Below are positions 16,270 to 22,181 of a stretch of DNA of 22,181 nucleotides, in pieces (positions within the stretch are counted from its first letter, which is position 1; the number at the start of each line of letters is the position of its first letter). The notes under the pieces were generated by a model. That model worked only from the letters and a program-made list of their open reading frames with translations. It had not been told where the DNA came from and ran no database searches. The position numbers and the translations under genes were made by a program. Source of the stretch: Bdellovibrionales bacterium (GTDB taxonomy: Bacteria > Bdellovibrionota > Bdellovibrionia > Bdellovibrionales > UBA840); contig JBBKWS010000109.1 in NCBI GenBank assembly GCA_037969075.1, forward strand, positions 1 through 22,181. Reading direction: 5' to 3'.

Positions 16270-16853
16270 CGAACTAACTCATCAATCAAATTTCGGACTT
16301 CTGGGGAGTTCCAGTCTTGCAGACCGGTGCTTTGAAAAACAATATTCATATTTTTATCCACTAAAAAATTAGTAGGTAGACCTTGAACATCTAAGAGCAT
16401 GGCTGCTTTTTTATCTAGATCGAAGTATGTCGGATACTCAATATCGTGTTTCTTCCAAAAAGTATTTCTGAAACTTATCGCATCTTCTCTGGCATCATCT
16501 AAGTTCATTAACACGATTCGGAACTCATCATCATCATATTTCTCATGTAATTGTTGAAACATTGGTAGTTCTACTTGGCATGGAGCGCACCACGAAGCCC
16601 AAAAAGAAATTAAAAGGACCTTGCCCTTCAAACTATAAATTTGAATATCCTCTTTCTTTTCATTTTGAAAAGTGAAATCAGGAAGTTCTGGTTTTATATC
16701 CTCAACTACTAGTTTTCCACTAACAGGTGATAGGTTTGGTGGGCTTTGTAGAGAAATGTACAGCCCTAATACAAATAAAAAGCCTACAAATAGAAATATA
16801 CCTATATAGTGACGCTTTTGTTCTAGTATTTTAAAAAAAACTTCTAGTCTCAT
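16266..16853 (-). CDS. TlpA/ResA-family membrane-anchored thiol:disulfide oxidoreductase
   Basis: N-terminal TM, PDFTF, SFWASWCAPCQVELP (CxxC) and GLPTNFLVD motifs. Confidence 0.92.
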   Translation of the reverse strand: MRLEVFFKILEQKRHYIGIFLFVGFLFVLGLYISLQSPPNLSPVSGKLVVEDIKPELPDFTFQNEKKEDIQIYSLKGKVLLISFWASWCAPCQVELPMFQQLHEKYDDDEFRIVLMNLDDAREDAISFRNTFWKKHDIEYPTYFDLDKKAAMLLDVQGLPTNFLVDKNMNIVFQSTGLQDWNSPEVRNLIDELVR

Positions 16854-16888
16854 GTTTCAAGTCTAGTTATACTTCTATGTGAGGTCAA

Positions 16889-17086
16889 ATGAAACAACGT
16901 GGTCAGGTAGCTGTCGAATATATTTTATTAGTTTCAGTAGCCGTTGTAGTTGCTCTACTTATAACGACGACCATGGTCTCTAGAGAATCTGGCAATGAAG
17001 GTTTTTTAATTAAGGCTTGGCGTGTGATGTTAGATACCCTTGGCGCTGATAAGGCTGATGACATCAGCCCTCCTGCAGGGACTTAG
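16889..17086 (+). CDS. Small prepilin-like protein with class III signal peptide (Flp/TadE-like)
   Basis: MKQRG|QVAVEYILLVSVAVVVALL: basic leader, G-1, E+5, Y+6, then a hydrophobic helix. GAGGT SD; 65 aa. Confidence 0.8.
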   Translation: MKQRGQVAVEYILLVSVAVVVALLITTTMVSRESGNEGFLIKAWRVMLDTLGADKADDISPPAGT

Positions 17087-17931
17087 TAAACACCTTTAAT
17101 ATATATATAATCCCGTTTTCTTAGCTCTTCATGTAAGCTTAACTGCATTTTCTCTCTTATTTCTTGTGCAATATCATGAACTAAATCACTGCGATTAGCC
17201 GCGCTTGGCTTATATGGTAATTGTATTGGCGGCAAAAATTTAATTTTCCACTTGGCAGGGAGCGGAATAATATTAAGAGGTATTGGCAATACAATTCCAC
17301 GTAAAAATTTTGTAAACTTTAGTTTTTTCAAATTAATATGAGTTTCCTCTGCCCCTAGAACTATAACGGGAACAATTGTGACCTGTTTTTCAAGGGCCAT
17401 GCGAACAAAACCTCTTTTGAACTCTTGTAAGGTGTATCTGTCGGTTGAGGATTTAAAGTTACCATGCTCACCCTCGGGGAATAAAACAACTAGGTCTTTT
17501 TTGTCTAAATATTTTTTGCCATTTTTTGTGGTAGCTTCAATGAATCCCATTTTTTGTGCGGGGATTGCAGTTGCTTTGGTTATAAACCAAAGTGCATGGG
17601 TTAGAACTTTTGGAACTCGATTTGTGGCTCTATGAATTTCATGGCCAAGCACAACGGCATCAAATCCCGAAAAGCCAGAATGATTAGGGACAATTAAAGC
17701 GGCGCCAGATGTAGGGATGTGCTCTGTACCCTCTACTTCCACACGTAGGTACTTTCGAACAATCTCTAAGAGAAGTCTTGGTAGGACGCGATACAGTAAG
17801 GTCTCATTAGGCAGTTGTGCTAATTTAAATATTTTTTCTTTGGGTTTTTCAAAAAAATTAATCACATTCAAACTATAGTCTAAATCCCTGAAAAGTAATT
17901 CGCTTTTAAAGGGTATGAAATTAGTATCCAC
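17083..17931 (-). CDS. Lysophospholipid acyltransferase superfamily protein (PlsC/MGAT-like)
   Basis: VEVEGTEHIP, NHSGFSGFD and LFPEG motifs, FKRGFVRMAL...IVPV. Start codon uncertain (GTG 17931). Confidence 0.88.
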   Translation of the reverse strand: MDTNFIPFKSELLFRDLDYSLNVINFFEKPKEKIFKLAQLPNETLLYRVLPRLLLEIVRKYLRVEVEGTEHIPTSGAALIVPNHSGFSGFDAVVLGHEIHRATNRVPKVLTHALWFITKATAIPAQKMGFIEATTKNGKKYLDKKDLVVLFPEGEHGNFKSSTDRYTLQEFKRGFVRMALEKQVTIVPVIVLGAEETHINLKKLKFTKFLRGIVLPIPLNIIPLPAKWKIKFLPPIQLPYKPSAANRSDLVHDIAQEIREKMQLSLHEELRKRDYIYIKGVY

Positions 17932-18000
17932 TGCGAGAATTGCATTTTTTCATTGGCTATGGTCGTAAAGCATCTTAGTCTTTTTGAGTAAGGAGTTCGA

Positions 18001-19500
18001 ATGAAGAACTATGTATTAGCTATTGATCAAGGCACGACAAGTACTAGAGCAGCTATATTGGGCAGTAATGGAAATATAGTAGCATCTCATTCACAAGAGT
18101 TTCCACAGATTTATCCAAAACCGGGATGGGTGGAACATAACCCCAATGAAATTTGGAAAACAGTCGAGTTAACTGTCGAAAAAGCTATTTCGAAGGCACA
18201 CGCTGACGGTTTACAGGTAAGAGATAATATAGCCTGTATTGGGATCACCAATCAAAGAGAAACAGTTGCTGTGTGGGACCGAAAAACATCAGAGCCAATT
18301 TACAATGCCATTGTCTGGCAATGTCGTAGAACTGCGCCTTTTTGTATTAAGCACAAAAAGAAAGAGCCGTGGATTCGCAAAAAAACAGGCTTGGTATTAG
18401 ATCCTTATTTTTCTGCTACTAAAATTTCTTGGATATTAAAAAATGTAAAAGGAGCTTTGCAGAGAGCCAAAAAAGGCGATCTTGCACTTGGAACAATGGA
18501 TAGTTTTTTACTTTGGAAACTTACCGGTGGCGAAGTGCATGCAACAGATGTTACTAACGCATCAAGAACCTCTCTATATAATATCTTCTCAGGAAAATGG
18601 GACCCTGAATTATTAAAGTTCTTTTCGGTTCCTAAAAGCCTGCTTCCTAACGTGATGCCATCAAGTGGAACCTTTGGGCTTACAAAAGGCCTACATTTTT
18701 TACCAGACGGCATTCCAATATCAGGTATAGCTGGTGACCAACAATCAGCACTATTTGGCCAGGCTTGTTTTTCAAAAGGGGAGGCAAAATGTACTTATGG
18801 GACTGGCTCATTTTTACTAATGAACACGGGTGATAAGCCTGTGATGTCGAAACATGGGATGTTAACAACTATTGCCTGGCAACTGAAGGGACAAAAGAAA
18901 GTAACTTATGCCTTAGAGGGAAGTGCTTTTATTTGTGGTGCAGCTGTTCAGTGGCTTAGAGATAATATGGGGTTTATTGAAAAAAGTTCTGAGGTAGAGG
19001 ATTTGGCAAGAAAAGTAGATCATACTGACGGAGTTGAATTTGTACCTAGTTTTACTGGCTTGGGCGCTCCTTATTGGGATCCAGAGGCGAGGGCTATGAT
19101 TTCTGGTCTAAGTAGAGGCTCAAAGCGTGAACATATTGCAAGAGCATGTCTTGAGGGAATGGCCTTGCAAAATGTGGATCTGTTAAAAGCTATGGAGAAG
19201 GATTTAAAGAAGAAGATGACTATTCTAAAGGTCGATGGTGGGGCCTCTGGGAATGATTTATTGATGCAAATTCAATCCGATTTCTTAGGTAGAAGAGTGA
19301 TTCGCCCTAAGCAAGTAGAGACTACAGTTCTAGGGGCGGCATTTTTAGCTGGCCTTGGTATTGGATTTTGGTCTAGCTTGTCAGAAATCCAAAAAAATTG
19401 GCAAAAAGATAGAGAGTTCTCTGTCACTTGGTCTGAGAAAAAAAGACAGGATAGAATTCGTCGCTGGCACAGGGCTATCAAGAGTGTTATGGTGAGGTAA
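18001..19500 (+). CDS. glpK: Glycerol kinase
   Basis: AIDQGTTSTRA, ITNQRET, TDVTNASRT, GDQQSALFGQ, KCTYGTGSF and GLGAPYWD motifs; AAGGAG SD. Confidence 0.98.
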   Translation: MKNYVLAIDQGTTSTRAAILGSNGNIVASHSQEFPQIYPKPGWVEHNPNEIWKTVELTVEKAISKAHADGLQVRDNIACIGITNQRETVAVWDRKTSEPIYNAIVWQCRRTAPFCIKHKKKEPWIRKKTGLVLDPYFSATKISWILKNVKGALQRAKKGDLALGTMDSFLLWKLTGGEVHATDVTNASRTSLYNIFSGKWDPELLKFFSVPKSLLPNVMPSSGTFGLTKGLHFLPDGIPISGIAGDQQSALFGQACFSKGEAKCTYGTGSFLLMNTGDKPVMSKHGMLTTIAWQLKGQKKVTYALEGSAFICGAAVQWLRDNMGFIEKSSEVEDLARKVDHTDGVEFVPSFTGLGAPYWDPEARAMISGLSRGSKREHIARACLEGMALQNVDLLKAMEKDLKKKMTILKVDGGASGNDLLMQIQSDFLGRRVIRPKQVETTVLGAAFLAGLGIGFWSSLSEIQKNWQKDREFSVTWSEKKRQDRIRRWHRAIKSVMVR

Positions 19501-19501
19501 T

Positions 19502-20110
19502 ATGTCACAACTATGGACTGAATTTGTTGCGTGCTTTATTCCTCTATTTATTGCAGTGGATGTAATAGGTATTTTACCTACATTTATTGGTATCACTAGT
19601 GATTCGTCGGTTATGGCCAGAAGAACCATCATCTGGCAGGCAAGTTTAACTGCGATTGCAGTTGGGGTTCTGTTTGTTGCGCTAGGTAAGACACTCTTTG
19701 GTTTTTTAGGTATAGGAATCCCTGATTTTCAAGTAGCGGGTGGAATACTACTATTCTTATTTGCCGTTAGAGATCTGTCAGATACTAATCGTGAAAGACG
19801 AAGTATACCAGATGCCCACATCGGAATTGTACCTATTGGTATGCCACTAATTGTAGGGCCTGGTGTTTTAACGACCTTACTATTAATGGAAGCTAAGTAT
19901 GGGATTTATATTGCCGTAGCTGCTTTGTTAGCTAACGTTGCTATTGTATATTTCACATTTAAATACTCTGACCTCATTTTGAAAGTAATCGGTAAACCGG
20001 GCGCAATCGCAATTGGTAAAATATTTTCTATTTTCTTAGGGGCTATCGGGATCATGTTGATTCGTAAAGGTGTTTTTACGATCATTGATATGATGCAAAC
20101 AGCCCCATGA
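19502..20110 (+). CDS. MarC family integral membrane protein
   Basis: LFIAVDVIGILPTF, FQVAGGILL and VPIGMPLIVGPG motifs; six hydrophobic segments. Confidence 0.92.
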   Translation: MSQLWTEFVACFIPLFIAVDVIGILPTFIGITSDSSVMARRTIIWQASLTAIAVGVLFVALGKTLFGFLGIGIPDFQVAGGILLFLFAVRDLSDTNRERRSIPDAHIGIVPIGMPLIVGPGVLTTLLLMEAKYGIYIAVAALLANVAIVYFTFKYSDLILKVIGKPGAIAIGKIFSIFLGAIGIMLIRKGVFTIIDMMQTAP

Positions 20111-21132
20111 ATTTAGAGTTTAGAACGCACTTCGCCTCAGATAATAACTCGGGGGTTATTCCTGAGGTAATGGATGCTTTGCAAAAAATCAATCAAGGCC
20201 ACTTCCCATCATATGGTGCAGACCCAATAACAAATCTAGCTAAAAAAGAAATTGATAGGGTCTTTGGTCAATGTGATTCTTATTTTGTATTTAATGGAAC
20301 TGCCGCAAACGTTTTAGCGCTACAAACGATGGTTAAAACATACGAATCAATTGTCTGTGCTGAAACATCACACTTACAAGAATCAGAGTGTGGCGCGCCC
20401 GAGAGACATTTGGGGGCAAAGTTACAGCTATGCCCAACTACTAACGGTAAAATCACGGTTAACGATATTAAACAGAAAATGATTCGCTTAGGCGATCAGC
20501 ATGCTTCTCAACCAAGGGTTATTTCGATTACTCAGCCTACGGAATATGGGACGGTTTATACAATTAATGAGTTAGATGAGATCTCAAAGTTTGCGAAAGA
20601 AAATAATTTGTATTTGCACATTGATGGGTCAAGACTTGTGAATGCGGCTACTTTTCTAAAAGTGGAACCTAGTCAAATTACAAAGTATGCAGATGCAGTT
20701 TCTTTGGGTGGAACTAAAAATGGTCTAATGGGTGCTGAAGCAGTACTTATATACAATTCTAAACTAAAAGTAGATTTTAAATATATCCAAAAGCAAACTA
20801 TGCAGCTAGCTGGAAAAATGCGATATCTGTCTGTTCAATTTTATGCATGGTTAAAAGATGACAATTATAAAAAGTATTCTATGCACGCGTGTAAAATGGC
20901 AGAGCTACTAGCGACTGAGTTAAAAAAAGTTCAAGGCGTTGAAATTACTCAAGAGGTAGAGACCAATGCAGTGTTTGTTACGCTACCCAAGTCTGCATTG
21001 AAGCCAGCAAGGGAAGCGTACTTTTTTTACGTATGGAACGAGCTTACCTTTGAATGTCGGCTTATGACGAGTTTTGATACTACAGCTAATGATGTAGAAA
21101 AATTCTCTAACATAATTGCAAATAACTCTTAA
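20107..21132 (+). CDS. ltaE: Low-specificity L-threonine aldolase (PLP-dependent)
   Basis: FASDN, GTAAN, TQPTEYGTVY, HIDGSR and SLGGTKNG (PLP Lys) motifs; ATGA overlap with marC. Confidence 0.9.
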   Translation: MNLEFRTHFASDNNSGVIPEVMDALQKINQGHFPSYGADPITNLAKKEIDRVFGQCDSYFVFNGTAANVLALQTMVKTYESIVCAETSHLQESECGAPERHLGAKLQLCPTTNGKITVNDIKQKMIRLGDQHASQPRVISITQPTEYGTVYTINELDEISKFAKENNLYLHIDGSRLVNAATFLKVEPSQITKYADAVSLGGTKNGLMGAEAVLIYNSKLKVDFKYIQKQTMQLAGKMRYLSVQFYAWLKDDNYKKYSMHACKMAELLATELKKVQGVEITQEVETNAVFVTLPKSALKPAREAYFFYVWNELTFECRLMTSFDTTANDVEKFSNIIANNS

Positions 21133-22181
21133 TTTAAATTTAACTTTTTGAGCAGTGTATTTAAGTCTTCAAAGTGATCGGAAGTGGTTAAGCTTGCTAA
21201 TGTATCTACCCACTCATCTGATGAATTTAATGAAGGCACTAGTTTTAAATCATTGCCGCCGGTTTCAATAAACACTTTTTTAAGACCAATCTCAACTTCT
21301 TCTAAAGTTTCTAAGCAATCAGCGACAAATGAGGGCGAGAAAACTAAAAGATTTTTTTTGCCGGCCTTAGCTAATTGAATGATCGTGTCTTGCGTATAGG
21401 GCTGGATCCACTCTGCTCGTCCCAATCTAGATTGAAAACAGATAGTGTATTCTTTTTCTGAAACCTGTAGTTTTTCTGCAATATGTTTTGCAGTCTTTAT
21501 AGCTTGTGATCTATAGCAATAAATATTTTTTTCACTTACTTTTAAGCAACAGTCGTTATTTAAATAACAATGACCACTTCCTAATCCATCTTTAAGCATT
21601 TTTTGGGGTAAACCATGAAAGCTAATTAAAATATGATCAGCCTTAAATGTACTTAGTAATGATTTTCCATTGTTGACATAATTACTGATAAGGTTTTGGT
21701 CCCAATAAAAATGGCTCAATGCTTTTATAGGTACAGAAAAATTATTTTTTTTAGCCCATGCACTTACAGCTTTTAAGGTAGTTCCTGTCGTTGCATCAGA
21801 GTATTGCGGATACAGAGGCATCAATAAAACTTTTTCAAAGCCCTCGTCTTTGATTTGCTGCAACTGTGATGCAAGAGATGGTTGCGAATAGCGCATTCCC
21901 AAAAACACTTTTGTTTGAATTCCAAGTTTTAGCTGCAATTTATCTTTTAAGTCTTGTGAGTGAAATAGAAGTGGAGAGCCTCTGTCAGTCCATATGCTAA
22001 GGTATGCATGCTGTGACTTTGGGGACCTAGTAGGTACGATTAAACCTCTTACTAAAAGCCATCTTAAGAAAAACGGTAACGGTATAACATCTGGATCCAT
22101 TAAAAATTCAGATAGATACGTTTTTACATCCGCAAGACTTGATGTTTTAGGTGTTCCTAGATTTGTGATGAGTATGGCAGT
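21129..22181 (-). CDS. hemH: Ferrochelatase; 5' end lies beyond the window
   Basis: The frame stays open to the window edge (TAILITNLGTP...YLSEFLMDP). GSPL, MRY, LYPQYS, SFHGLP, FQSRLG and FVADCLETLEE motifs. Confidence 0.97.
   Translation of the reverse strand, partial: TAILITNLGTPKTSSLADVKTYLSEFLMDPDVIPLPFFLRWLLVRGLIVPTRSPKSQHAYLSIWTDRGSPLLFHSQDLKDKLQLKLGIQTKVFLGMRYSQPSLASQLQQIKDEGFEKVLLMPLYPQYSDATTGTTLKAVSAWAKKNNFSVPIKALSHFYWDQNLISNYVNNGKSLLSTFKADHILISFHGLPQKMLKDGLGSGHCYLNNDCCLKVSEKNIYCYRSQAIKTAKHIAEKLQVSEKEYTICFQSRLGRAEWIQPYTQDTIIQLAKAGKKNLLVFSPSFVADCLETLEEVEIGLKKVFIETGGNDLKLVPSLNSSDEWVDTLASLTTSDHFEDLNTLLKKLNLN

Noticed and set aside
904..21378. Short antisense or nested ORFs in the track (e.g. 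904-1107, 4726-5022, 5640-5894, 5958-6245, 8315-8617, 9853-10194, 10717-11196, 13804-14108, 18405-18868, 19272-19632, 21184-21378)
   Set aside because: All lie opposite well-supported genes, lack recognisable motifs and look like shadow ORFs.

Overview
AT-rich, very compact bacterial chromosomal segment. It most likely comes from a Bdellovibrionota (predatory deltaproteobacterium-like) genome, inferred from a RomR-type polarity regulator, a TIGR02147/DUF4423 protein and a ferrochelatase with an internal Cys insert. Most of the window is housekeeping or catabolic: romR-nadC-birA-GyrI-like (minus), lptG, def-fmt-orphan-rpe-hutH, GST (minus), tag-hutU-hutI, tlpA (minus), a tiny class III signal/Flp-like pilin, an acyltransferase (minus), glpK-marC-ltaE and a 5'-truncated hemH (minus). 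The least explained part is the first 3.35 kb. It holds the end of a gene with a perfect 18-bp tandem repeat encoding (KKKAPS)n, then a divergent cassette: secreted HExxH metallopeptidase <- palindrome-rich spacer -> TIGR02147 HTH protein -> secreted Cys-paired helical protein. I saw no tRNA, rRNA, CRISPR array, integrase or transposase. All calls come from motif recognition by eye; no searches were run.
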